NCBI GenBank assembly: GCA_963726055.1
Contig: CAVSAP010000006.1
Location: forward strand, 787,051 to 851,050
Direction of reading: 5' to 3'
DNA length: 64,000 nt
From: an uncultured Chloroflexia bacterium
Lineage (GTDB): Bacteria > Chloroflexota > Limnocylindria > Limnocylindrales > CSP1-4
Part shown: positions 18,657 to 30,459 of the stretch, piece by piece
How positions within the stretch are numbered: the stretch's first letter is position 1
Layout: each line of letters begins with the position of its first letter
Position numbers and translations under genes: made by a program
The notes under the pieces: model-generated
What the model saw: the letters and a program-made list of their open reading frames with translations, nothing else
Databases searched by the model: none
Told to the model about the DNA's origin: nothing

Positions 18657-19443
18657 TCAGACCTCGACCAGCCGCTGGATCCGCTCGATCGCGAGCGCCC
18701 GGCCCGTCGCCGGGTCGATGTCGATCTGGGTCGCGTTGAAGACGACCGGTCCGTCGCCGACCTCGAACCGCGTCGGGAGGGCGTTGATGAACCGCGGCAG
18801 GACGGTCTTCGGATCGAAGCCGATCACGCTCCAGATCGGTCCCGTCATCCCGAGGTCGGTCTGATACGCGGTTCCGCCGGGCAGGATCCGCTCGTCGCCG
18901 GTCACGACGTGGGTGTGGGTGCCGACGACCGCCGAGGCGCGACCATCGAGGTACAGCCCGAGGGCGTTCTTCTCGGACGTGAGCTCGCAGTGGAAGTCGA
19001 CGAGCCGGACGAGAGGCAGCGGCTCCGACGACTGGTCGAACAGCCGGTCGGCGTCGGTGAACGGGTTCTCGATCTGCTGCATGTACGTCCGGCCCTGGAG
19101 GTTGACGACGGCGATCTCCGTCCCGTCGCCGGCGTGGTACAGTACCCCAGCCCCGCCCGGGCACGCCGTTCGTGCCGTAGTTCAGCGGCCGCAGGACGCG
19201 ATCAGAGGACTCCAGGTAGGGGTAGATCTCGCGCTTGTCCCAGATGTGGTTGCCGGACGTGATGACGTCGACGCCCGACGCGAGGATCGAGTCGGCGGTC
19301 GAGGCCGTCAGGCCCATGCCGCCCGCGACGTTCTCGCCGTTCGCGGTGACGAAGTCGATCTGGCGAGCGTCGCGCAGCTCCGGCAGGAGTTGCTCGACGG
19401 CGACCCGCCCGGGCTTGCCGATCATGTCGCCGATCATCAGCAC
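18657..19443 (-). CDS. YmdB-like metallophosphoesterase (2',3'-cyclic-nucleotide phosphodiesterase family), one frameshift
   Basis: '[17 protein letters not shown]...[15 protein letters not shown]' plus '[15 protein letters not shown]...' match TIGR00282-type proteins. It sits next to rny as in Bacillus. Confidence 0.6.
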
Positions 19444-19535
19444 GCGAACGGCGCCGTGCGGCCGAGGCGTGTCGCTGTTCGCGACGTTGCCGAGCCGGGT
19501 CAGGCCGAGCTGTCCCCCATCCCCCGCCGGGCCGG

Positions 19536-21067
19536 CTACTTCGCGTACTCCACCGCGCGCGTCTCGCGGATGACCGTGACCTTGATCTGGCCCGGGTACG
19601 TCAGCTGCTCCTCGATCTTGCGCACGATGTCGCGGGCGAGCCGCGTCGCGGTGAGGTCGTCGATCTCCTCGGGCCGGACGAGGATCCGGACCTCGCGGCC
19701 GGCCTGGACGGCGAACGACCGCTCGACGCCGGCGAAGCTCTCGGCGATCGCCTGGAGGTCCTCGAGCCGCTTGACGTAGGTGTCCATGGTCTCGCCGCGG
19801 GCACCCGGTCGTGAGGCGCTGATCGCGTCGGCGATCTGGACGATCGGTGCCTCGAGACAGGCGTACTCGACCTCCTGGTGATGGGCGGCGATGCCGTTGA
19901 TCACCTTGAACGGCAGGTTGTTGCGCTGGGCGATCTGGGCACCGATCGCCGCGTGCGGACCCTCGACCTCGTGATCGACCGCCTTGCCGATGTCGTGGAG
20001 GAGGCCGCCCATCTTGGCGATCTGGATGTCGGCGCCGAGCTCGGCCGCGATGACCGCCGCCAGGCGACCGGTCTCGATCGAATGGTTCAGGACGTTCTGA
20101 CCGTAGCTGCGTCCGGTACTTGAGCCGGCCGAGGAGCTTGATGATCTCCGGCGGCAGGCCCGGGACCCCCGAATCGTAGGCCGCGGTCTCGCCGGCCTGG
20201 CGAATGATCAGGTCGACCTCCGCCTTCGCCTTGGCGACGACCTCCTCGATCCGGCCCGGGTGGATCCGGCCGTCGCCGATCAGCTTGGTCAGCGCGACAC
20301 GGGCGATCTCCCGACGAACCGGGTCGAAGCCCGACAGCACGACCGATTCCGGCGTGTCGTCGATGATGAGATCGACCCCGGTGGCCTGCTCGAGGGCCCG
20401 GATGTTGCGACCCTCGCGGCCGATGATCCGGCCCTTCATCTCGTCGTTCGGGAGATGGACGACGGTCACGGTGTGCTCGGCGGTGTGGTCGGCGGCGACG
20501 CGCTGGATCGCCGTGACGATGATGTCGCGGGCCTTCTCGTCCGCCTCCTCGCGGGCCTTCCGCTCGATCGCTCGACCGAGCTTGACGGCATCGTGCTCGG
20601 CCTCCTCGCGGACGGCCTCGAGCAGGAGCGCCTTGGCGTCCTCTGCGGAGACGCTGCTCACCCGCTCCAGGGCCGCGACCTGTTCCTGGTGTGCCTTCGC
20701 GACGTCCTCACGGGCGCGGTCGATCTCGCGTTCGCGGTCGAGGAGCTTGCGGTCCCGCTGCTCGAGCATGTCGGTGCGCTGATCGAGCTGCTCGTCCCGC
20801 TGGAGGAGGCGTCGCTCGAGCGCCGACGAGCTCGTTTCGGCGGGCCCGCGCCTCGTCCTCGCCCTCGCGCTGCATCCGGAGCTTCTCGTCCTTCCCCTCG
20901 AGGATGAGCTCCTTCTGGCGGGCGCGAGCCTCGGCTTCGATCCGGCGAGCCTCCGACTGGGCGGCCTTCATCGACTGAGATGCCCACATTCCACGGGCAA
21001 ACATGCCGAGCACGGCTCCGCCGACGGCGCCCAGGAGGGCCGCCGCGACCAGGACCGGTAGTTCCAT
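19536..21067 (-). CDS. rny: Ribonuclease Y, 2 frameshifts
   Basis: N-terminal TM helix '[23 protein letters not shown]', KH domain '[19 protein letters not shown]' and HD domain '[14 protein letters not shown]'. Confidence 0.7.
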
Positions 21068-21324
21068 CTTCGTCCTCCCGTCCGGCCGATCTACGACCGG
21101 AGGAACTTATGCGTGAGGACGGCGCATTCGTGGCGTTCTGATTTACGACGGGAACGCGGTGGCTCCCCGGGAGACGCACCGTTGGGTCACGATCGCGCCG
21201 CTGTCTCGATACAGGCGCCGCTCGGGCGGCGCGTGGTTACTCTGCGGCGTAGCCTACGACCGGCTGGCGGCACGGGTCAAACGAGCGCTACAGTTGCCAT
21301 CCCAAGCGAAGGACAGGGATCACC

Positions 21325-21705
21325 ATGGCGACCAATGACAACGAGGGCTCTGCCGACGTCGAACGTCAGACGACGGAGCAGGCGCTCCAGCAGTGGCGGG
21401 CCGCCGAGCGGACGGTCGCTGTTGCAAGGCGCGGCCGGCTCGCCGCCGAGGCGGCGGCCCAGGCGGCCGCCGATGCCGCGGAGGCGGCCCTTGCGACGGC
21501 AGAGGCAGCGAAGGCCGCACTGGCGTCGATGGCCCTTGCGGAGCAGTCGGCCACCAAGACGGCCGTCGCCGCGAAACTCGTGGTGCAGTCGGCCCGCGCA
21601 GACCTGGCCGATGCCGACACCGACGTTGCGATGGCGGAGGTCGATGAGGCCGATGCACATCTCGGGTACAGCGATGCGACTCGCAGGGCTGCCGACCGCC
21701 AATAA
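21325..21705 (+). CDS. Small alanine-rich (about 35% Ala) hypothetical protein
   Basis: 126-aa ORF with a predicted helical low-complexity core. It lies between rny and the amidase gene. Confidence 0.3.
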   Translation: MATNDNEGSADVERQTTEQALQQWRAAERTVAVARRGRLAAEAAAQAAADAAEAALATAEAAKAALASMALAEQSATKTAVAAKLVVQSARADLADADTDVAMAEVDEADAHLGYSDATRRAADRQ

Positions 21706-21729
21706 CGCTATCGAGTCCTCTCACCATCC

Positions 21730-22494
21730 ATGCCTGCGCTTCACCTCGGCCGTGTGCTCCTTGCTCTTGCCATCGGTTTCTCAGGGCCCGTCACGGTCGC
21801 GCCCCTACGCCCCGTGCCGATCGTCGTCGGGGAGGGGCCGCTCGCCGGCGCCGTGATCGCCCTGGACCCGGGCCACAACGGTGGCAATGCCTCGCACGCG
21901 GCGGAGATCGCCCGGCCGGTCTGGATCGGGAATGGTTACAAGCCGTGCAACCAGGTGGGGACCTCGACGCGCGGCGGCTACCCGGAGCACGCCTTCACGT
22001 TCGACGTGGCGCTCCGCGTCAAGGCCAGTCTCGAGCACCTCGGGGCGAAGGTGTACCTGACGAGGACGACGAACACCGGCGTCGGCCCCTGCGTCGACGT
22101 CCGCGGGAAGTTCGGCGAACAGGTGGATGCCGACCTGACGGTGAGCATTCACGGCGACGGAGCGGGTGCCGCGCACCGCGGCTTCTTCGTCATGCAGCCC
22201 GGCAACGTGCCGGGCTACACCGACGACATTCGTGTCGCGTCGGGCATCCTGGCGAAGGCGATGCGCAACGGCCTCACGGATGCGGGCCTGTCCGTGGCCA
22301 ACTACTACGCCACCAATGGCCTCAAGACGCGGACAGACCTCGGCACCCTCAACTGGTCGGACGTGCCGATCGTCATGATCGAGCTCGGCAACATGAAGAA
22401 CGCAACCGACGGGGCTCGCATGGCGAGCAAGAAGGGCCGGACTCAGTACGCCAACGGCATCGTGTTCGGCATCCGCCGCTACCTTGGCCGGTAA
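21730..22494 (+). CDS. N-acetylmuramoyl-L-alanine amidase (Amidase_3 family)
   Basis: 'IALDPGHNGGN...EHAFTFDVALRVKASLEHLGAKVYLTRTTNTGVGPCVDVR...VSIHGDG' carries the zinc-amidase motifs, plus a signal peptide. Confidence 0.7.
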   Translation: MPALHLGRVLLALAIGFSGPVTVAPLRPVPIVVGEGPLAGAVIALDPGHNGGNASHAAEIARPVWIGNGYKPCNQVGTSTRGGYPEHAFTFDVALRVKASLEHLGAKVYLTRTTNTGVGPCVDVRGKFGEQVDADLTVSIHGDGAGAAHRGFFVMQPGNVPGYTDDIRVASGILAKAMRNGLTDAGLSVANYYATNGLKTRTDLGTLNWSDVPIVMIELGNMKNATDGARMASKKGRTQYANGIVFGIRRYLGR

Positions 22495-22606
22495 GACCCC
22501 GGTCGCGACCCATCAGCGGTGAGGCACGCCATGAGCGGTCCAGCAGGTACGATCGTGCGGTGAGCCGCTTCGACACGAGCGCGGCCGCGGTCCCGATCAC
22601 CGCCGC

Positions 22607-23389
22607 GTGATCGACCCGGCAGGTGCCATCGTCATCATCCTCGCCGGTGCCGCTGCCGGGGCGATCAACACCATCGTCGGATCAGGCTCGCTGATCACGT
22701 TTCCGACGCTCGTGTTCCTTGGCTACTCGCCGCTCGTGGCCAATGTCACGAACACCGTTGGACTCGTCTTCGGCTCCGTCAGCGGGACGATTGGCTATCG
22801 ACGTGAACTGGCTGGCCAGCGCCGCCGGGCGGTTCCGCTCCTCCTCGCCGGTGGCCTCGGCGGCATCACCGGTGCGACCCTGCTCCTCGTCCTGCCCGCC
22901 AGCGCATTCGGCCAGATCGTCCCGATCCTGATCCTGTTCGCATGCCTCCTGGTCGCGCTCCAGCCCAGGCTGTCGACGTGGGTTCAGGCGAGACGAATGT
23001 CCGGCCTCGTCGAAGGAGCGAGCGACCCGACATCGGATGGCGGCCCGCTCCTGATCCTGGGCGTGTACCTGACCGGGATCTATGGCGGCTACTTCGGGGC
23101 GGCGCAAGGGGTCATGCTGATCGCCCTGCTCGGCGTCCTGATCGTCGACGACCTTCAACGGCTCAATGCTCTCAAGAATGCGATCACGGTGGTCGTCAAT
23201 GGGATTGCGGCGGTCTTCTTCATCGTCCTGGCACCGGTCGCGTGGCTGCCGGCCCTCCTCCTGGCTGTCGGCTCGATCGTCGGTGGCCAGCTCGGGGCAA
23301 CCGTCGGGCGCCGCCTGTCACCGACGGTCCTGCGAATCCTGATCATCGTCATCGGCACCACGGTCGCCATCCGCCTGCTCATGGGCTGA
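22607..23389 (+). CDS. TauE/SafE (DUF81) family membrane transporter
   Basis: Two repeated TM bundles with 'GAINTIVGSGSL' and 'GIYGGYFGAAQGVMLIA' motifs. Confidence 0.65.
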   Translation: MIDPAGAIVIILAGAAAGAINTIVGSGSLITFPTLVFLGYSPLVANVTNTVGLVFGSVSGTIGYRRELAGQRRRAVPLLLAGGLGGITGATLLLVLPASAFGQIVPILILFACLLVALQPRLSTWVQARRMSGLVEGASDPTSDGGPLLILGVYLTGIYGGYFGAAQGVMLIALLGVLIVDDLQRLNALKNAITVVVNGIAAVFFIVLAPVAWLPALLLAVGSIVGGQLGATVGRRLSPTVLRILIIVIGTTVAIRLLMG

Positions 23390-23416
23390 GGCGGACCGGG
23401 TCCCTCGGCGGGAGCG

Positions 23417-23971
23417 TCAGGCTTCCTCTGCCACCGGATCCACGAAGCGTGCTGCGACGGTCGAGCAGACGCCCGGATCGAATCCGTTTCGTGCCAGCAG
23501 CGAGTACGCTCGCTGGCGGCGTGCGCGCGGGTCCGGGACCCGCTCCAGCGCCCGGGCATTTCGCTCGAGCAATCGCCCGGCGGCTGCCTCGTCCACATCG
23601 CCGGCCTCCGCCGGGCGATCGGCTCGTCGATCGGCGAGGACCTCGTCGAGCAGGGCGCGGTCGATGCCCTTCATGGCCAGCTCCTGACGAAGCGCGCGCT
23701 CGCCTCGCGGTCTCGCGCGATCGCGTGACTCGATCCACGCCCTGGCGAATGTCGCGTCGTCGAGCATCCCGAGCTCCGTCAGGCGAACGATCGCGCCCTC
23801 GATGAGGTCAGGCTGATACCCGGCCGTGCGCAACCGGCGCCGGACCTCTGCAACGGACCGCGCCCGCGCTTCCAGGAATCGCGCGGCGGCCTCGAGGACG
23901 ACGGCCGGATCGTCGACAGCGGCGCGTCGCTCGCGGCGTTCGGCGAAGCTCTCGCGCCGCCGTTCGCTCAC
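23417..23971 (-). CDS. recX: Recombination regulator RecX
   Basis: 184-aa helical-repeat protein that overlaps the recA stop. Confidence 0.7.
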   Translation of the reverse strand: MSERRRESFAERRERRAAVDDPAVVLEAAARFLEARARSVAEVRRRLRTAGYQPDLIEGAIVRLTELGMLDDATFARAWIESRDRARPRGERALRQELAMKGIDRALLDEVLADRRADRPAEAGDVDEAAAGRLLERNARALERVPDPRARRQRAYSLLARNGFDPGVCSTVAARFVDPVAEEA

Positions 23972-25086
23972 TCCGCCTCGGAGATGCCCTCGACCGGCAG
24001 CGCGACCTCGTTGATCTTGCCCCGGATCCGGCGGTCGATCTCGGCGGCGATGTCGGCGTTCCCCTTGAGGAAGTCCTTGGACGCCTCACGGCCCTGGCCG
24101 AGCCTCGTCTCGCCGAACGTGAACCAGGCGCCTGTCTTCGACACGACGTCCATGGCGACGCCGACGTCGAGGAGGCCACCTTCCTTCGAGACGCCTTCGC
24201 CGTACATCACGTCGAACTCGGCGACCCGGAACGGCGGCGCGACCTTGTTCTTCACGACCTTGACCCGGACCCGGTTGCCGACCGACTCGGTGCCGGTCTT
24301 GATCGTTTCCACCCGCCGGATGTCGAGGCGAACGCTGGCGTAGAACTTCAGCGCACGACCGCCCGGCGTCGTCTCCGGGTTGCCGAACATCACCCCGATC
24401 TTCTCGCGGAGCTGGTTCGTGAAGATGAGCGACGTGTTGGAGCGGCTCACCGCACCCGTGAGCTTGCGCAGCGCCTGGCTCATGAGACGGGCCTGGATGC
24501 CGACGAACGAGTCGCCCATCTCGCCCTCGATCTCGGCACGCGGCACGAGGGCCGCTACCGAGTCGACGACGACGACGTCGACGCCGGCCGATCGGATGAG
24601 GGTCTCGGTGATCTCCAGCGCCTGCTCGCCGGTGTCCGGCTGGCTGACCAGGAGCTCGTCGACATTCACGCCGCAGGCCCGCGCGTAACCCGGGTCCAGC
24701 GCATGCTCCACGTCGATGAAGGCGGCGACGCCGCCTCGTGCCTGGGCCTCGGCGATGACGTGCTGGCAGACGGTCGTCTTGCCCGACGACTCCGGTCCGA
24801 AGATCTCCGTGATCCGGCCGCGCGGGATGCCCCCGACGCCGAGGGCAAGGTCCAGGGCGATCGAGCCGGTCGGGATGAAATCGACCTGCTGACGCGAAGC
24901 CGCGCCGAGCTTCATGATCGAGCCCGTCCCGAACTGCTTCTCGATCGAGAGGATCGCGGCATCGACCGCCTTGCCGCGCTCCGCCTGGGCTCGTTCCGCT
25001 GTCCGGTCGCCGGCTGGCGCCCCGTTCCGCTCGTCTACGGTCCGCTGTCCGGTCATCGCCATCGTGTCACGCTCCTGTCGATCCAA
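23968..25086 (-). CDS. recA: Recombinase RecA
   Basis: 'GPESSGKTT' P-loop, 'FIDVEHALD' and the L2 loop. Confidence 0.9.
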   Translation of the reverse strand: MDRQERDTMAMTGQRTVDERNGAPAGDRTAERAQAERGKAVDAAILSIEKQFGTGSIMKLGAASRQQVDFIPTGSIALDLALGVGGIPRGRITEIFGPESSGKTTVCQHVIAEAQARGGVAAFIDVEHALDPGYARACGVNVDELLVSQPDTGEQALEITETLIRSAGVDVVVVDSVAALVPRAEIEGEMGDSFVGIQARLMSQALRKLTGAVSRSNTSLIFTNQLREKIGVMFGNPETTPGGRALKFYASVRLDIRRVETIKTGTESVGNRVRVKVVKNKVAPPFRVAEFDVMYGEGVSKEGGLLDVGVAMDVVSKTGAWFTFGETRLGQGREASKDFLKGNADIAAEIDRRIRGKINEVALPVEGISEAE

Positions 25087-25128
25087 TCGTCGCCGACAGG
25101 CCGTGCCACGGGCCTCGTGCCGGGCGGT

Positions 25129-25296
25129 TCAGCCCTCGTCGGTCTCTTCCTCGACCACCGGCTTGGGCTTTCGGGGCTTCCGGATGAGCTCCGCCTGCTG
25201 GGGCGGAGGCTCCGAGAGCGACGTCAGCTTGGGCAGGCCGAGCTTGTCCTTCGGCTTCTTCTTTGCTTCGCGGTGGGGACGATCTCGCGAGCCCAT
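25129..25296 (-). CDS. Small basic hydrophilic protein (55 aa) upstream of recA
   Basis: '[55 protein letters not shown]'. This ORF is not in the supplied track. Confidence 0.3.
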   Translation of the reverse strand: MGSRDRPHREAKKKPKDKLGLPKLTSLSEPPPQQAELIRKPRKPKPVVEEETDEG

Positions 25297-25338
25297 CCAT
25301 GCTCCTCCGCGGTGGAACGCAGGTTACCGATCGTGCCT

Positions 25339-26514
25339 TCACGCAGACTTCTCCGCGACTGCATCGCCGCTTATCCGGCCCGCGCGCGATCGAAGTTCTG
25401 GCATGTCGGCTGGGAACGTACCGGCCCGGATTGCTGTCCGGATCCTGGTCATGAAGTCTAGGGTGAAGGTCAGGTTGTGACAAGTCGCAAGCCGGTACGC
25501 GAGCAGCTCCTTCGCCCTGAAGAGGTGGGCGATGTAGGCCCGCGAGAATCCTCGGCAGAGGATGCACGGGCAGTCCGCCTGGACCGGCTCCGGGTCGTCG
25601 AGGAATCGCTGGTTCCGGAGGTTGATTCGGCCGCCTTCCTCGCTGGCGCCGGGCACCCAGAGCTGGCCGTTCCGCGCGACGCGCGCGGGCAGGACGGAGT
25701 CGAACAGGTCCACTCCCCGGTGAACCGCCTCGAGCAGGTCCGCCGGTGATCCCAGGCCCATCAGGTAGCGCGGCCGCGGATCGTCGTCGAGGATCGGGAC
25801 GGCGAGGTCGAGGACGGCGTCGCGCTGCTCCGGCGTCTCGTCGCCGGCCAGCCCGCCGAGGCAGATCCCATCGAACGGCAGGCTCGCGATGAAGCGCGTG
25901 CTCTCGGCGCGGAGGTCCGGCTCGAGACCGCCCTGGACGATCCCGAAGAGCGCCTGGTCGGTTCTCGTGTGAGCCGCGAGCGAGCGCTCCGCCCAGCGGT
26001 GAGTCCGCTCCGTCGCCTCCGCCACGACGGCTCGCGGCGATGACGGCGTGACCGGCTGGTCAAAGGCCACCGCGATGTCCGACCCGAGCGCCTCCTGCAC
26101 CGCGACCGCGACCTCCGGCGTGAAGCGATGGACGGATCCGTCGAGATGGCTCCGGAACGTGACGCCGTCCTCGTCGACGACCCGCAGGTCACCGAGCGAG
26201 ACGACCTGGAAGCCGCCCGAGTCCGTGAGGATGGGCCGGTCCCAGCCCATGAACCGGTGGAGTCCGCCGAGTCGGGCGATCCGCTCGTGGCCGGGTCGCA
26301 GGTAGAGGTGGTACGTGTTCGACAGGATGATCGTCGCGCCCGTCGTGGCGATGTCCGTGGGATCGAGCGCCTTGACCGTCGCGTTCGTCCCGACGGGCAT
26401 GAACTGGGGCGTCTCGACGATCCCGTGGGTCAGCTCGAGGCGACCGACGCGGGCGCGGGTCGATCCGTCCGTCGGCGGCGGAACGACGACCTGGAAACTG
26501 GCGGCGCCCGTCAC
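25339..26514 (-). CDS. tgt: Queuine tRNA-ribosyltransferase
   Basis: '[13 protein letters not shown]', 'LTDSGGFQV' and zinc site 'CPCILC...H'. The GTG start overlaps the ruvB TGA (GTGA). Confidence 0.75.
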   Translation of the reverse strand: MTGAASFQVVVPPPTDGSTRARVGRLELTHGIVETPQFMPVGTNATVKALDPTDIATTGATIILSNTYHLYLRPGHERIARLGGLHRFMGWDRPILTDSGGFQVVSLGDLRVVDEDGVTFRSHLDGSVHRFTPEVAVAVQEALGSDIAVAFDQPVTPSSPRAVVAEATERTHRWAERSLAAHTRTDQALFGIVQGGLEPDLRAESTRFIASLPFDGICLGGLAGDETPEQRDAVLDLAVPILDDDPRPRYLMGLGSPADLLEAVHRGVDLFDSVLPARVARNGQLWVPGASEEGGRINLRNQRFLDDPEPVQADCPCILCRGFSRAYIAHLFRAKELLAYRLATCHNLTFTLDFMTRIRTAIRAGTFPADMPELRSRAGRISGDAVAEKSA

Positions 26515-27611
26515 TCCGCGGGGACGTCCCAGAAGCCCGGCATGTCCGGCTCGCCGCGCCGCGGCGGCGGGATCTCGTAGCCGAGCCGGGCGAGGTGGGC
26601 TCGTGCCGCCTCTGTCGCGATCCGGCCCTGGGGCGTTCGATCGAGGAACCCGAGTCGCAGGAGGAACGGCTCGTAGACGTCCTCGATCGTCTCCACTTCC
26701 TCCGAGAGGACGGCGGCAAGGGCCTGCACGCCGACCGGCCCGGAAGCGAACTTCTGGATGATCGCGGCGAGGAGCTTGCGGTCCGTCGAGTCGAGGCCCT
26801 CGTCGTCGATCTCCATCTGGCGCATGGCGGCAGTGGCGGTCGCCTCGTCGACGCGGCCGTCGCCGTGGACCTGGGCGTGGTCGCGGGTCCGCTTGAGCAG
26901 CCGGTTGACGATCCGTGGCGTGCCCCGGCCGCGCGCCGCGATGGCCCGTGACGCCGACGCCTCGATCTCGACGTCGAGGATCCGGGCGGATCGCTCGACG
27001 ATCGCCGTCAGGTCGTCCTGCTCGTAGAAGTCCAGCCGGTACGTCGCACCGAACCGGTCGCGGAGCGGTGAGCTGATCCTCCCCGCGCGGGTCGTCGCCC
27101 CGACGACCGTGAAGGGCTTGAGGCTCAGCCGGAGACTCCGGGCGGACGGACCCTTCCCGATCATCACGTCGAGCGCGTAATCCTCCATCGCCGGGTAGAG
27201 GATCTCCTCGACGGCGCGGTTGAGGCGGTGGATCTCGTCGATGAAGAGGACGTCGCGCTCGTCGAGCGCGGTCAGGATCGCGGCAAGGTCGCCGGCGCGC
27301 TCGATCGCGGGCCCGGACGTGTACCGAACGTTGACGCCGAGCTCCCGGGCGATGATCGTGGCGAGGGTCGTCTTGCCGAGGCCGGGCGGGCCGTAGAGCA
27401 GGACATGATCTGCCGCCTCTCCCCTCCCCTTGGCAGCAGTGAGCAGGACCGACAGGTTCGCCTTGACCTCTCGCTGACCGATGTATTCGTCCAGCGTGCG
27501 AGGCCGCAGGGCGCCTTCGACGATCCGGTCTCCCTCGTCGACGAGGTCCGGCGCGAGGATCCGGGAGAGATCGTCGGTCATCGGGCGCGAGTGTACCATG
27601 GAAATCGCCAA
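26511..27611 (-). CDS. ruvB: Holliday junction helicase RuvB
   Basis: '[14 protein letters not shown]', '[10 protein letters not shown]' and the winged-helix C-terminus. Confidence 0.85.
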   Translation of the reverse strand: MAISMVHSRPMTDDLSRILAPDLVDEGDRIVEGALRPRTLDEYIGQREVKANLSVLLTAAKGRGEAADHVLLYGPPGLGKTTLATIIARELGVNVRYTSGPAIERAGDLAAILTALDERDVLFIDEIHRLNRAVEEILYPAMEDYALDVMIGKGPSARSLRLSLKPFTVVGATTRAGRISSPLRDRFGATYRLDFYEQDDLTAIVERSARILDVEIEASASRAIAARGRGTPRIVNRLLKRTRDHAQVHGDGRVDEATATAAMRQMEIDDEGLDSTDRKLLAAIIQKFASGPVGVQALAAVLSEEVETIEDVYEPFLLRLGFLDRTPQGRIATEAARAHLARLGYEIPPPRRGEPDMPGFWDVPAE

Positions 27612-27680
27612 TTAGCACGCCTGTTCGACGCGCGGAATCCCCACCCTCGGACTAGGGGTTTCCTGTCAGAATGCCCGATC

Positions 27681-28157
27681 ATGCGGCTCTCTCGGCGCTC
27701 TGAATACGGCCTCCGCGCGCTGACCGATCTCGTCCGCAGCGGACGCGGAGCAACCGTGCCCCTGGCGACGCTGGCGCGCCGCAACAACCTGCCGCCGAAG
27801 TTCCTCGAGCAGATCATGGCCACGCTCAAGCGCGGCGGCATCGTCGGCACGACGCTTGGCGCGCGCGGCGGATATGCCCTCGCCAGCGACCCGACGACGG
27901 TCTCGATCGGGCGGGTCATCCGGCTGCTCGACGGCGCCCTCGCTCCCCTGTCGTGCGTGAGCCTCCGCTTCTACGGCCCCTGCTCGTGCCCGGACGAGGC
28001 GACCTGCGCGCTTCGTGACGTCATGCTCGATGTCCGCGACGCGACGCTCGCGATCCTCGACGAGCAGACGCTCGCCGATCTGGCGGCGCGTCCCGGTCGT
28101 GCGTCGATTGATCCGGCGGGCATCCACGCCGAGGCGCTGGCGGGCCGCCGCCCCTGA
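27681..28157 (+). CDS. Rrf2-family transcriptional regulator
   Basis: 'MRLSRRSEYGLRALTDL...' HTH, with three Cys (CVSLRFYGPCSCPDEATCAL). Confidence 0.7.
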   Translation: MRLSRRSEYGLRALTDLVRSGRGATVPLATLARRNNLPPKFLEQIMATLKRGGIVGTTLGARGGYALASDPTTVSIGRVIRLLDGALAPLSCVSLRFYGPCSCPDEATCALRDVMLDVRDATLAILDEQTLADLAARPGRASIDPAGIHAEALAGRRP

Positions 28158-28265
28158 TCGATACTGCACGCGGCCGCCGTGCGTGGACCAACGTTGGCGC
28201 GATCCGTGCGTGCTACGGTCGCGACGGTGAGCAGCCACGTGATCGCCAGAGCCGCTCGCGCCGGG

Positions 28266-29829
28266 ATGGCGTCGTTCGTCGGGTTCGGCCGTGGGATCTG
28301 GTTGTTTCCGCTCGACACGATGTTCCGAACCGTCGGCCTGCGCTATGGCTGGCTCAAGGCCCTCTTCACGTTCACGCCCGCGACGCTGATCCGCGGCGTC
28401 GGCCAACTCCGCGCCGAGCGAGCAGCCTGGCGTGCCTCCCGTCGTGTCCCTGCCTACGGGCGCTACCTCGCCGAATCGGGTGTCGATGTCGCCGGGCTCT
28501 TCCCGCTCGGCATTCTTGGGCGTCTACCCGAGACCGACAAGACAGAGCTACGTCGACCGATACGGCCTCCTGGAACGATGCATCGGCGGAGCGGTCCCCT
28601 ACCCGGGCACGACGATCGACGAGTCGAGCGGCTCGACCGGCACGCCGTACAACTGGATTCGCGGCCGCAGGGAGCGCGAGGTCGCGCATCGCAATATCGG
28701 CTTCTTCGCCCGGTACACGCTCGGGAGCGGGCCGCTCGTCACGATCAACGCCTTCTCGATGGGGGCATGGGCGGCGGGCATGAACATGAGCATGGGGATG
28801 ATGCGCCACGGGATCGTCAAGTCCGTCGGGCCCGATCTCGACAAGATCCTCTCGACATTGACGTACCTTGGTCCGTCCTACCGATTCCTGATCTCCGGGT
28901 ACCCGCCCTTCCTCAAGCACCTGATCGACGAGGGTGAGCGACGCGGCTTTCCGTGGGCCGACTACGAGCTCCACGCGCTTGTCGGCGGCGAAGGCATGAC
29001 CGAGGAGCTTCGGGACGTCCTCCTGACCCGATTCGACTCCGTCTACTCGGGCTACGGCGCGACCGACATCGAGATCGGGATGGCCGGCGAGTCGCCGGTG
29101 AGCATCGCCATCCGCCGGCTCGCACGCGCCAGGCCGGACATCGGCCGGACGCTGTTCGGGCCTGATTCGCGCCTGCCGATGGTCTTCCAGTACAACCCGC
29201 TGATCCACTTCATGGAGGTCAACGCCGTCGGCGAGGTCATCTGCACGGTGTCGCGCCTCGATCTGCTGGCTCCGCGCATCCGATACAACGTCCACGACTC
29301 AGGTGGGATCGTCGATTTCGGGGCCGTCCGCAGCGTGCTGAAGGAAGCGGGGTACGACCTCGACCGACTCAACGAGGCCACCGAGGTCCACGGTCCGCGC
29401 GGCCCGCTGCCATGGTCCCGGCCCATTCCCCTGCCGTTCCTGTGGATCCACGGCCGCCGCGACGCGACGATCAGCGTCATGGGCTCGAACATCTACCCCG
29501 AGGACATCGAAGCCGTCCTCTACCGCGACGGCGACATCGCCCCCCGGCTGCACTCCTTCATGCTGTCGGTGATCGACGATGCGGCCGGCACGCCGCGGCC
29601 GGCAGTCGCCCTGGAGCTGTCCGATCTCGACGGGATCGACGATGCCTGGCGGACGGCGGCGGCCGAGCGGCTTCGCGACGGGCTCGGCTCCCTCAATATC
29701 GACTACCGATCGTCACTCGGTGAGTTCCCGGGCGCCATGCTGCCGATCGTCTCCACCCACGAGGTCGGCAGCGGCCCGTTCGCCGGCGACGCCGGCCGGA
29801 TCAAGCAGCGCCGGATCAGCGCGGGCTGA
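28266..29829 (+). CDS. PaaK-like adenylate-forming enzyme (phenylacetate-CoA ligase / F390 synthetase family), N-terminal frameshift
   Basis: 'SSGSTGTPYNWIRG' is the AMP-binding P-loop. The family fold is visible, and the N-terminal 90 aa are in a second frame. Confidence 0.5.
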
Positions 29830-29862
29830 TCGGTCATCTCAGCGCCGATCCTGTCGGAGGGG

Positions 29863-30459
29863 CTAGTCGCGGAGGAGACTCCGCAACGCGGCCTTGACCC
29901 GGTCCTCGAGTGTCGATGCGACGCCGACCTCGGCGAGCGCGCTCCTGGACGCGTCGCGCGCCTCGGCGAGCGAGTAGCCGAGGGCCTGGAGCGCCGCGAC
30001 GACCTCACCCTCCGAGGCGCCGACCCCGGCGCCGGCTCCCGCGCTGGCCGCCACGCCGGCAGCCGTGACCTTCTCCTTGAGCTCGAAAATGATCCGCTCC
30101 GCGAGCTTCTTGCCGACCCCGGGGATCGACACGAGGACGGCCTGGTCCTGGAGCATGATCGCGAGCTGGAGATCGGCCGTCGGGCGCGACCCGACGATGG
30201 CGAGGGCCACCTTGGGGCCGACGCCGGTCACGGTGAGCAGCAGGGTGAAGAACCCGAGCTCCTCCGGGGAGCGGAAGCCGTACAGGGCCTGCTGGTCCTC
30301 GCGGACGAGGTGGTACGTGTGCAGCTTGAGCGTCGAGCCGGGCACGGACGTCGAGAGGATCGCGGGCGAGGCGAACACGCGATACCCGATCCCGCCGACT
30401 TCGATGACGAGCGAGTCGAACGCGACGGCCCCGACGCGGCCTTCGACTGACGCGATCAC
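29863..30459 (-). CDS. ruvA: Holliday junction DNA-binding protein RuvA
   Basis: OB domain 'GIGYRVFAS' plus tandem HhH motifs. Confidence 0.8.
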   Translation of the reverse strand: MIASVEGRVGAVAFDSLVIEVGGIGYRVFASPAILSTSVPGSTLKLHTYHLVREDQQALYGFRSPEELGFFTLLLTVTGVGPKVALAIVGSRPTADLQLAIMLQDQAVLVSIPGVGKKLAERIIFELKEKVTAAGVAASAGAGAGVGASEGEVVAALQALGYSLAEARDASRSALAEVGVASTLEDRVKAALRSLLRD

